Below the pieces are notes generated by a model. That model saw only the letters and a program-made list of their open reading frames with translations, made no database searches and was not told where the DNA came from. A stretch of DNA of 64,000 nt from Neocallimastix sp. 'constans' (Eukaryota), in NCBI GenBank assembly GCA_050613775.1, contig JBODTK010000104.1:310001-374000 (forward strand), written 5' to 3'. Both the position numbers and the translations under genes were made by a program. This document shows, in pieces, positions 13,786-26,130 of the stretch. Position 1 is the first letter of the stretch; each line of letters begins with the position of its first letter.

Positions 13786-15688
13786 TTAAAATGTTTCATC
13801 TCTATTACCAGTAAGGAATAATTTTGTATATATTGCGAAAGCACTAAAAATCATTAAACCACCAATTAATGAAAGAATAGTAGACGTTACATTTATCTAT
13901 TTAAAGTATAATATAAAGGAATATTATTAATATTTCATAATTATTATTTTTGCAATTATTATATTTATAACTATTATATCAATAATTAAATATTAATTTT
14001 TATGATAAAATTATAATATTTATTTTTTTTTTTTTTTTTACCATATCAGAATGCAATAATACCAATGGAATAGCTAAAAATTATATTAAAAAATAATATA
14101 TATATCAATAAATAAATTAAAATTTAATTTATTACCAAAATTTTTTATTATCATTAAAAAAAAAAAAAAAAAAAAAAAATTCTATAGTATTATTACTTAC
14201 CAATACCAGTAACAAATAGTATACCAGTAATGAAATTACTGTATTCCTTTGTGGAACTATAAGTTAATTAAAAAATATATATATATATATTTAATAATAT
14301 TAATATTGTTATTTAAAAAACAAAATAAAAAATAATAATAAAGAATAAAGAATATATTTCTATTTAAATATATAAAAAAAAATATATTTTGATTATGTAA
14401 TTTTTATATATTTTATATATAATATTTAATATTATGTTTATTATATAAATCATAAATCATAAATATATATATATATATATATACCTCATTTCATCTTCAT
14501 CATTAAAATCACCATTTTTTTTTCCACCTGATATTTTTTTTGCAATGAAATTAGGAATTGGGGCAATAAAATATGTTAAAATAACTAGCAAAGGTAAAAA
14601 TTTACTATATATAGAATGAAATATTACAATATAAAAAAATAAATTAAAAAATAAATAAATATAAAAAAAAAAAAAAAAAACTTTATTATAAAATTTCTAT
14701 GATTGTCAATACTCACTTTTCCCTATTAATAAATATATTTCAAAAAATTATTATATAATAACAATTTGTTTAATTATTAATATAAATTAATAATGTTTTA
14801 TATACATATATATATAAATAACATTTTTAAATAATAAAATTTATATTAAAATACTTTACTCTAAGTTTGTACATGATAATATAACTAAAAGAATACCAAT
14901 AGAAAGCAAGGCTGCCTATTTAATAATGTAAATAAAATATATAAAAATTAACTTATGTACAAATAACTGAAATAATACTTTTATTTAAATACTTACTAAA
15001 CCAATAAGACTATTTATTTAATATTAAATTTAATAATAAATAAAACAAGAAAACGGGTTTATTAATTTATTACTATCATTATTATTAAGAATTAATTAAC
15101 TATCAATATATATAAAAGTAAGTAATTGAATATTTTAATTTCAAATATTTATTTAAAGATATTGTTCGATTATTCCTTTGTGAAATATTTGATATTAAAA
15201 AATTATGCAACATTTGGTTTAAAAATTTTGTTTTATATTTTCTCAAGATATTTAAGATATATATAGCAAGTATAATATTGTGTGATATTTTCTCAATATT
15301 TCAAAAATTATTAAAAATTTTATTATACTTATTAATATTAAATTGTAGAATACATTATTAATTGTGAATATATGTATATATATATTGAAATTTAAAGTTG
15401 TTTTTTTTTTTTTTTTTTGTTTTATAATTCTCTTTTTTCCTTTTCTTCTCTTTAAATTTTTTTTAATTCTTTTTTCCTTTTCTTCTCTCTAAATTTTTTT
15501 TAATTCTTTTTTTTTATTATTTTATAAAATTTAAAAGTTTATATTACTTACGCTAAAAAAAATAAAATAAAAATAGTTATTATATAATATATTTATATAA
15601 TAATTAATATATTTTTCTATTAAAAATATTATATATATATATTTATCATTAATTTCTAGATACTTGTAATTCCTTGAGATTTTGCCAT
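13786..15688 (-). CDS. VPS55: Vps55/OB-RGRP (LEPROT) family four-TM protein, 139 aa; exons 15688-15664, 15552, 15009-14997, 14915-14860, 14722-14717, 14604-14485, 14256-14201, 14073-14042, 13896-13786
   Basis: Spliced CDS totals 420 nt: MAKSQGITTLIGLAALLSIGILLVILSCTNLEENKFLPLLVILTYFIAPIPNFI..FITGILFVTGIAIPLVLLHSDMINVTSTILSLIGGLMI.. with typical Vps55 motifs (LVILSC, AP.P, F.TG......ALP.VL.H). All introns are GT-AG. Confidence 0.9.
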
Positions 15689-15909
15689 TTTCAATAATTA
15701 TACTTTATATTAAAAGATAAAAATTATTTGTAATTAATTTAACAATTGAAATATATTCATATAATAATAATAATAATAATATAAATAAAAAGTTAAATGT
15801 TTCGTATAAATTTTTTATTTCAAATTTCAAATTTTGTATTTTATATTGAAATTACTTAGTTATCTTTAATGCATAATAAATATTTATTTTTAATTTTTCA
15901 AACAGAAAA

Positions 15910-15962
<53 letters not shown>

Positions 15963-16779
15963 AATTAATATTGATATATATATATATATATACGAAATTA
16001 AAATTTCTTAAATTTATGATAAATTGCTTACAGAAATTAACAAAGTGATTCTTTGTATTAATAAATTGTTGCTAATAATTTATATATATATATACTTGAA
16101 ATATAAATATATATAATATTGATATTTAAAAAAAAAAAAAAAGAATTAATTATTATTATTATTATTATTCACTCTTTAAAAAAAAAAAAGTATTATATTT
16201 TTTTAAAAAAAATAATATTTTCATTTCATTTTAAAAAATTTTTAATTAATTAAAAAAAAAAAAAAAAAAAAAACTGTATCATAATTTTATTAAGTTTTAT
16301 TATTAACTATGATATAATAAATTTCAATTATATAATCACATTATAAAAAAAAATGATATGTAATTTTTACTTAAATATATATATTTTATTAAAAAATAAT
16401 AATAATTTTAATAAAAATAAAATCAAAAAGAATTATTAAACTTTAAATTTTTTATAATTAAATTTTTTAATAATTAATAATATATTAATATTAATAAATA
16501 TTTTTATATTAAATTAAAATAATATATTTCATTAATGATTATAAATTATCCTTTTAAATTAATTAATTATTAACCTACCTTTTTTTTTTTCATTATTTTT
16601 TATTCTTTATTTTATATTATACTATGGAATCCTCAAAGCCAAAAATAAAAAAAAAGAAAAATAAAATCCATTAATAATTAATAACAAAAAAAAAAATATT
16701 AAAATTAAAATAAAATGAATTAATATAATTTGTTTTAAAATTCATTTACAAAATCCATTATTATTATTAACTATTAACC

Positions 16780-16810
<31 letters not shown>

Positions 16811-18461
16811 TGAGGAATAAAATATAATAATAATTAATATAATAAAGTAGTATATATTTATATAGTAAATTACTTTTTTTTATTTTTATATGATTAATTC
16901 ATATATGAAAAGTAATAAAATACAAATTATTAATTGACATAGAAATTAGTGTAGGATGAAACTAAATAGAATTAATTTATTAATAACTTTAATTAAAAAA
17001 TAGAACTATAAAAAAAAAATTTTTTTTTTCATTAATTACAAATAATGAAAATTGAATAATAATTAAAAAAAAATACTTATATTGATATTTTATATTAATT
17101 TTATTTGAATTTATTTTATTTTATTTTATTATATTTTATTTTTTTGTATATATATTTTTTTTGCTATTTAAAATTAATTAGACAGATGATCGATCGTTAA
17201 TTATAAATAATAAAAAATTATAATAAATATGATAAAATATATACATATAAGAAGTCTATTCAAACTTTAATTATTAATTCCAATAAAAAAAAAATATAAT
17301 GAAACAGAATATCGTAAAAATGAATAAAAAAAATAAAAAAAAAATCATTTATATGATCTTAATAGTAATAAAAGTTTAAATACTTTTAATTTCAATAAAG
17401 TATATAACATTTTTTTGTAAAGGAAAAATATTTATAAAAATAAAATAAAGCAAAACATTGTATTTTGAAAATAGCATTCATTATTAATAATACTATATCA
17501 TATATCAATATTATTTAATTATAATATAATTAGTATTATTGGTATTATCAAAAATTGTTTTACAAAAAAAAAAAAAATAAATACATATGGCAAATTATTA
17601 TATGAATATATAGCATTCTAGTGATAAAATTAGTTCATTTCAATATTTTCATACATTTTTATATTTTAAAAATTTTTCAAAAAGCGTTTTTGGTTACACA
17701 AATTGAATAATCATCTAATTACAATTATTGTATATATATAGGATTAGATTATAAATGTTATATTTTTCAAAAAAATACCAATATATATATATTTGACAAA
17801 AATTATTTTCAAATTTTATTTTAATTATAATATAAAAAAAATTATTTTAGAAATATTGACCTATTTAAATTATTTAAATATTAAATTATATAAATATTAA
17901 ACTATATTCATAATTTCAAATATTAAAAGTATATTTTTTATAAAATAAATTAAAAAAAAAAAAATAAACAGTGTTAAAAAACTTCATTATTCTTCTATAT
18001 TTAACAACTTTTTATTTATTATAATAATTTAATTCTATATTGAAATACAATCTTTTTGATCTTATAATTATAGAGAAAATTAATTAGAAATTGACCGAAG
18101 TATATATAAAAAAATATATTTTATTTTTACTACTAATTCTATTGAGATTTAAATATGTATCAGAATCATTTATTAATTACTTTTTTATTATTAATATTAT
18201 TATTAATAATAAAATTATTATTATTCTATATAAGAATTTTTTAAAAAATGATAAAAATTAAAAAAAATCAAAATATTCATATTTTTATCAATTTTAACCA
18301 AGCAATCATTTATTGATTATTTAAATTATATATATTAAATTTTAATTTTAGTGAATTTATATTTGTATTTGATTTTACTTTTTATTAATAGCTTTTTCTA
18401 TTTTTAATAATAACAAAAAAAAAAAAAGACGGTGTAAATATAATTTTAATTATTATTAATA

Positions 18462-18492
<31 letters not shown>

Positions 18493-18699
18493 CGAATATA
18501 AAATATAAAAATAAAATATATATATATCTATTGCTTTATTTTATTTTTTGTATGAATTTAATAAATTACACTTTATCTATGAAATAAATTTAATATATAT
18601 ATAATCACAATGAATAATATAATATTTAATATATTCATCTATGATAGTAGTAGTACTCGAGTAATACAATCATTTCAATCAAATAATATATAGTAAAAT

Positions 18700-19822
18700 A
18701 AAACAAAAATGTAATATTTAATAATAAGACAAATCAGTATAAATTTTTCATTCAAACCAAGAAAATTTAATATTATGAAATTCTATTTCTATTGATTTGT
18801 TGTATAAAGAAAGAATATTATATAACCAATTTTGTTTAATGAATTATAAGGACTATTTCTATTCATATTTAATGAAATAGAAGGACTACTCATATTTATA
18901 ATTGATAAAATAGAAAGATGAATAATGAGAATTCTTATCTGCTATATTAATATATTTGTTAACTCTCTTGATTATAAAAAAAATTTTATAATAAAGAGAG
19001 TTTAACTGCTAGTTTTTTTTGTTAAATCATTAGTTAATCTAACAATAATGAGGAACAAAGAAACTTAACTAGATAAAAATATTTTTTTTTAAATATATCT
19101 TTTTATTAATATGTTATTTCTTAAACTCCAACAAAATATAAGTAATAGCATACCTAGTTATACACTCTGGATTCTTTTGTGTCCTAAAACTTGAAGTTAT
19201 TTAGTCAATAATTCATTCAATTTATTGATGAAATTTTTATTATTAATTTTTTCTCTGATTATTCATGAGACTTTAAAGAGCATTCCTGATGATAAAGAGA
19301 AAGATTTTGATGATAATATTATTAATTTTTTCATACTGTGCCTCCTTTTTTAAGAAAATGCAGTATATATAAAATCTTAAAGATCGGTTTGAGGGAACGA
19401 AGGCGTTTTATTAATAATATCTTTCAATCAACTTCATAAGAAGTCTTCTATCCAGATTCATCATAATACTTAACAGGTAATAATAGTTTTTCACATAACG
19501 AATCTAAAGAAATTAAATCATCAGATAATATTTCTTGTTGTGTGAGTTTATATCTTTTGCATTTATCAAGTATGTCATTGATGAACATATTAAATAAAAT
19601 AGGTGATAAAGGACACCCTTGGCGAACACCACGATGGAAAGGAAATTCTTTTTGAAAGTTTAACATTAAAGTTTGTATGAGCTTTCGAAGCAAGATAATA
19701 AACTGAAGGCATTTACCACGAATACCAATGGAATTGAATCATAAGCCTTATTAGGTCATGAAAAGCAAGTAAGGTAAATTGATCATTAAATATTTTTCTT
19801 TAAAACATTTCTCTAATGGAAA

Positions 19823-19858
<36 letters not shown>

Positions 19859-19900
19859 CTTGGAAGATAATACACTTCTGGTGCTTTATTAAATAGATAA
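18700..19900 (-). mobile_element. Decayed non-LTR (LINE) retrotransposon, reverse transcriptase fragments
   Basis: RT motifs in broken frames: NKAP (~19880), AYDSIP and GIRGKCL (~19700-19750), RGVRQGCPLSPILFNMFINDI (19570-19635). Left boundary uncertain. Confidence 0.85.
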
Positions 19901-20033
19901 TTGTATTTTTATGTATTATATTTTAAAAAAAAAGTTCATTAAATAAATTAAAATTAAAAATAAAATGTACGGAAAAGATTAAGTAAAGTAAAAAAAATAA
20001 TAAAATTAAAAAAAAAAAAAAAAAAAAAAATTT

Positions 20034-20560
20034 AATTAATCATAAAACATTTAATGTTTTAAAAAATAAAAATAAGTTCAGAGGGTAAAAAATTTCGTCG
20101 TGATGTATACAATATGTAGTAACATGATCACTATTCATATCTAAAATAATAAAACATAGAAGTAACATCGTTAAAATAAAGTGCGTAAATAAATTCATAG
20201 GCAACGAACCTCACCTCCATATCACTTATTTCGGATTAGGGTTTGAATTCGACGATGAACCAATTAAAGTCGCATATATTATTGACTATCTGAAAAGAAA
20301 TTATTGTCTTCTTCCTTCAGAGGCATTGATCCTGCTAGTCTGTTTTACTGCATTTTCAGCATTGACGCTCCTGGTTAGTTTGTGCTTATACCATCGGAAT
20401 AGCAACTCTTATCGAATTACTAAGCCCTAAGCATAATTTCTGTAAAGAGAGTCACAGATCGCACCAAAAATGGCATTTTTAAATAATCACCAGTATTGAT
20501 TTGGTTCTTAAGCAAAACATCCCATTCCTTTTTATAATTTAAATCAATAATGTCTTCATC
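20034..20560 (-). mobile_element. Probable LINE ORF2 C-terminal end plus 3' UTR relic
   Basis: GC-richer broken coding sequence followed by a ~145-bp segment that recurs at ~53861-54012, next to another LINE relic. Confidence 0.5.
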
Positions 20561-20890
20561 TCTTTCATCAAGAAGGAAGTTATACAATCGTTACCACGTC
20601 ATGTATATATATACACACCCATTATTCAGAAAATTACTTAAATTAACACGATTTTCACCTAATGAACTATTCATTACATTAGTAATAATGATACTATTAT
20701 TTTCACTATTACTAATATTAATATTCCTATTTTTACTATCACTAATACTACTATTATTACCAATATTATTTCTATTGTTATTATTATTAATATTATATAC
20801 TTCTCATCTGTAGAAGAAACTAGTTCATTGTTATTGTTTTTAATGGGATGAGTGAGAAACCGCGAAAATTTAATTAATTAATTAATTAAT

Positions 20891-20892
<2 letters not shown>

Positions 20893-20937
<45 letters not shown>

Positions 20938-21730
20938 CTTAGAGAATAACTTTATTTAATTTATAATAATCTTTTTCTGAATCTAAAGAAACATCCAAGA
21001 ATTTTTGTTCAATTATCATTGCAAACTTCAAAAAGATATCATCTAGAAAAGGTAAAGATTTATTTCTGTAATTTTCCAATTCTTTACAGGCAAAGATCCA
21101 GTGAGAAAAGCTAGGTACACTAACACCACAACAAGGACAACATTTAGGGCAATCTTCTGAGACTATTTTTCTTTTAATGGAAATACTCATGTCAAATTTA
21201 AAGCCACACCTAAATTCGAGAAATCCAAAAGAATCCCAACTGATACTTAGGATATTGAAATGATAAGTCCTTGATTTCTGAAATAAATCCAAAATCATTC
21301 TCCTTGTTAATAATTGCCTTTTGAGGGTTTGAAGACATCTCTTTCCCAATAAAACTTTTTTTTTTTTTTTTTTTTATTTCATTTGATTTTTTACCATTTA
21401 ATTTCTTATCCAAAGTCCTTGATTCTTTAGTTCATGAGTAATGGGACATAGAAGGAATATTATTAGTGAGATGATTAATAATACATGATGAATTTTTCCA
21501 TTTTCTAAAACAGCATAATTGAGATATAGCATAGATAGCTGGAAGAGGAGATATTCTCAATTCACGAGTAATATCAGAGAGACTAATATAAGAATTACAA
21601 TTTTTTTTTTTTTTTTTTAGACTTAGAGAAAACTTCGAAAGAATTACAAGATTTAAATCCATAAATCCAATTACATAAAAAATTAAAAAAACAAACAAAC
21701 ATCTATCATCACCATACACCATCTTCTATA
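20893..21730 (-). mobile_element. LINE ORF2 C-terminal fragment with Cys/His zinc-binding motif, plus poly(A)-tailed 3' termini
   Basis: Frameshifted reading ..RELRISPLPAI..CFRKWKNSSCII..YPKYQLGFFWISRI/RCGFKFD..CPKCCPCCG....SFSHWIFAC. TTCTCTAAGTCT(A)n ends on the minus strand at ~20935 and ~21619. Confidence 0.85.
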
Positions 21731-22017
21731 TAAATCTTTTTTATTTTTTATTTTTTTTTTTTTTTTGTTTTGTTTTGCTTTAAAATCTTTTATTGCTTAC
21801 CCTTTAAATAATATCATTTTTCATTCAAAACAATAAAAAAATTTTTTTTTTTTAAAAAAAAAAAAAGAGAAATAAATTTAATATTTAGAAAGACCTACAA
21901 AATTATTTATTTTTTTCTATTATAATTTATTATTATTATAAAATATATATATATATATTATTTCAATTTTTATGCTGATTAAAATAATTAAAAACTTTCC
22001 TTTTCCTTTTTTACTCT

Positions 22018-22063
<46 letters not shown>

Positions 22064-22168
22064 TTTTTATTTTAATTTTTTTATAATATATAAAAAAAAA
22101 AGTATATATATATATATTATTTATATTTTAATTAATTTTTTTTTTTTTTTTTTTACTTTAATTTTATT

Positions 22169-22200
<32 letters not shown>

Positions 22201-22758
22201 CATCTTATTTTTTATATATATTCTTCATTAATTTATTTTATTTTATTTTTATTATTAATTTTTTTTGTTATTTTATTTATTATTTTTATTTTTTTAATTT
22301 ATTTAAAAAAAAAAAGGTTGGGATGGAAATTATTAAATATATGTTATTTTATTATTATTATTATTATTATTTTTTTCTCATTTATTTATAATAATTTATA
22401 ATTATTTAATTTTTAATTTGCAATATTTATAATATAAAAAAAATATAAATGTTTTTTTTTTATAATAAAAAAAAAAAAAAAAGACTAGATTTTTAATTTA
22501 AATAATGAATTATTAGTATTACTATCATTAATATTAATTATATTATTTAATTTATAAACTTTCTTTAAAAAAAACTTCTAGAATTCATATTTCTATTTAT
22601 TTTCCAAAAAAAGTTTTATAATACTTTCTAAAAATGAATTTTCTCTTTTCATTTCTTTTTTTATTTTACTCTTTTTTTCTTCGATTAATAATAATTTACG
22701 ATTTATCTAAAAAAAAAAAGAAAAAAATTAAAAAAGAATTATGTGTTATTTAATTTAT

Positions 22759-24250
22759 TTAATGGTGACCATTAACTTTTGGGTGAGAAGCTTGGTATTG
22801 CTTAATTCTTTGTTCAATAACTGGTCTGAAATGCTTAATTAAACCACGAACAGGAAGAGCAGAAGCTTCACCTAAAGCACAGATAGTACGACCTTCAATA
22901 TTGTAAGTTAATTTATCTAATTGATCAACTTCTTCCATAGTACAGTTACCGACTTCAAGACGTTCCATCATTTCAGCCATCCAACCAGTACCCTAATATT
23001 ACAAATAATATTAAATTTAAAATTAGAAATTTATTTATATAATTGATATATAATCTTTAAGTAAAAAATAATACATATATTATATTAATACTTACTTCAC
23101 GACATGGAGTACATTGACCACAACTTTCGTGTCTGTAGAACTTACTGAAACGGCTAATAGCACGAATTGGATCAACAGACTTATCTAAAACTAACATAGC
23201 AGCAGTACCTAATGAGGAACCACAATCACTCATAGAGTCGTAATCCATGAAACAAGTATCAGCGAGAGGTCTTGGAATCATTGGACATGAGGCACCACCT
23301 GGAATAACAGCAAGGAGATTATCCCAACCACCTTTAACACCACCAGCGTGCTTTTCAATAAGTTCACGCATAGAAATACCCATAGATTCTTCAACAGTAC
23401 ATGGATGATTAACACAACCAGAAATACAGAAAAGCTTAGTACCATGGTTGCGTTCACGACCAAAACTAGAGAACCATTTACCACCTCTTCTCATGATAGT
23501 TGGAGTAGCAGAAATAGTTTCAACATTGTTAACAGTGGTTGGACAACCGAAAACACCATAATCAGCTGGGAATGGTGGCTTAATTCTAGGCTTACCTTGT
23601 TTACCTTCAATAGATTCAATTAAAGCAGTTTCTTCACCACAAACGTAGGCACCAGCACCACGTTGAATGTAAATATCCATATCCCAACCAGATCCACAAG
23701 CGTTCTTTCCAATGAGACCAGCCTTGTAGGCTTCGTTAATAGCTTTTTGAAGAACTTCAGCTTCATTTACAAATTCACCACGAATGTATATGTAAGCTTT
23801 GTGAGCTTGAATGGCTCTACCGGCAATAAGAATACCTTCAATAAGCTTGTGTGGATCATTACGAATAATTTCTCTATCCTTACAAGTGTTTGGTTCACCT
23901 TCATCACAGTTAATAACAAGGTATCTTGGTCTGCCATCTAATGGTTTGTTTAAGAAAGACCATTTAAGACCAGTAGCGAAACCGGCACCACCACGACCTC
24001 TCATACCACTGACTTTCATTTCATTGATAATCCATTCATGGCCCTTTTGAAGAATTTCCTTAGTTTTGTACCAGTCACCACGCTTCATAGCAGCTTTAAG
24101 ATTCCAGTCATGACGACCATATAAATTAGTCCAAATACGGTCATCATCAGTAAGTGGCTTGGAACCAGCAAATGTAGAGAAAGCACCCTTAGCAATAGTA
24201 GTTGCAACAGGTTTAATTAAAGATTGCTTAGTTAAGGTGTTAGCTAACAT
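22759..24250 (-). CDS. nuoF: NADH dehydrogenase 51 kDa flavoprotein subunit (NuoF/NDUFV1), probably hydrogenosomal, 462 aa (exons 24250-23096, 22992-22759)
   Basis: Motifs [40 protein letters not shown] and Fe-S ligands [18 protein letters not shown]. Phase-0 intron 22993-23095. ATG at 24250 gives an [14 protein letters not shown].. presequence; codon usage is strongly biased, as in highly expressed genes. Confidence 0.97.
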
Positions 24251-25481
24251 CTTGTTCAATATTTATTCAATAGTATTTACTATATATATATATAAAATAT
24301 TAATAGATTAATAATATTAATTAATTTCTATTCAAAGCTAAATAAAAATAAATACAATAATTTTATTTCCAATATAGTTATATCTAATAAGAGTTCCATA
24401 ATTTATTTTTTTATTCTTCAATAGATGATATTTTATTTTTTTTTTTATTAACTTTTTTAATTTACTTCAATTATACTACTTAGATTTTTTTCAATAATCT
24501 AATTTTATTTTATTATTTAATCACTTTTAACAACCCATCGTTTTAATGCTTTTTTATTTTCTGTTTATAATGATTATACAAATATTTAGTTATATTTTAT
24601 TTATTTTGACATTATTTTCCACTTTGAAATTTTGTAGTTTTTTAATTTTATTTTTTTATCAGTTAATCTTATGACACTTTTTTTGATTTTTCTATTTGAT
24701 TTGAATCTTTTATTAGTTTTATTTATTTATGTTTTCAATTATTTATTACTATATATTTATTTAGATTTTTAATCATTTCCACTTCTGATTACATTAGAAG
24801 TACTATATTTCCCCACAATTTTTATATATTTAACAATTTTCATTTTAAAATTATTTGATTTTTTGAATATTTAAACAGTATAACAATATGAAATTATCTT
24901 TACTTTTTATGGTTATCGTCTATTAAATAAGTACTATTTTTCCTTTTTTCTTTTTAAAAAAAAAATGAAAATGTAGTTTCTAAAAAAGAAAAAATAATAA
25001 CTTTTAAAAAAGAAAAAACAAAGGTATAAGGTATTAAAAAAAAAAAAGAATAAAATCTTATTTTATATATCAATAAATTTTTACGAAAATAAATTGATAC
25101 TTTCATATATTAGAATATACTCTGCATATATAAATTAACGAATAATAATTTTAATTTTCAGGATAGATAATACATATTTTTTTTTTTATTTATTTTATTT
25201 TTATATAGTATTAATTAAAAATTTATGAATTTCGTAATTATATTTATTATATATTATAATATATTATTTTTAGTTGTTATATATAATTAAATATATAAAA
25301 TTATTTTCTTTAATTGATTTTTTTATAAGGGAAAATAAAATATATTATAATATATTAAAATATATTACAATATATAATTTTAACAAAAATGACAATCAGA
25401 AAACCATAAAAAAATTAAAAATAAAAAAAAAGTGAGAAAATATTTTAATAAAATTAAAAAAAAATTCAAAAAATTCAATGA

Positions 25482-26130
25482 TAATAAATAAATAAATAAT
25501 AAATAATAAATAATAAATAATAAATAATAAATAATAAATAATTGAATAATAAAAAATTGAATAATAAATAATTGAATAATAAATAATAAATAATAAATAA
25601 TAAATAATAAATAATAAATAATAAATAATAAAAATAATAAGAAGAGTATTTATTAATAAATAATAATTAAATAATATAAATATTTGAATAATAAATAATG
25701 AATAATGAATAATAAATAATAAATAATAAATAATGAATAATGAATAATGAATAATGAATAATAAATAATGAATAATGAATAATGAATAATAAATAATAAA
25801 TAATAAATAATAAATAATTGAATAATAAATAATAATAAAATAATAAATAATAAATAATAAATAATAAATAATAAATAATAAATAATAAATAATAAATAAT
25901 AAAATAATAAATAATTGAATAATAAATAATAAATAATAAATAATAAATAATAAATAATAAATAATAAATAATAAATAATAAATAATAAATAATAAATAAT
26001 AAATAATAAATAATAAATAATAAATAATAAATAATGAATAATAAATAATAAATAATGAATAATGAATAATGAATAATAAATAATAAAAAATAAATAATAA
26101 ATAATAAATAATGAATAATGAATAATGAAA
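25482..26130. repeat. Heptamer satellite (AATAAAT)n with AATGAAT variants
   Basis: Visible tandem array; generates spurious ORF 25396..26289. Confidence 0.95.

Noticed and set aside
24251..24259. TTG start for NuoF given in the ORF track
   Set aside because: Eukaryotic gene; the in-frame ATG at 24250 gives a plausible targeting presequence.
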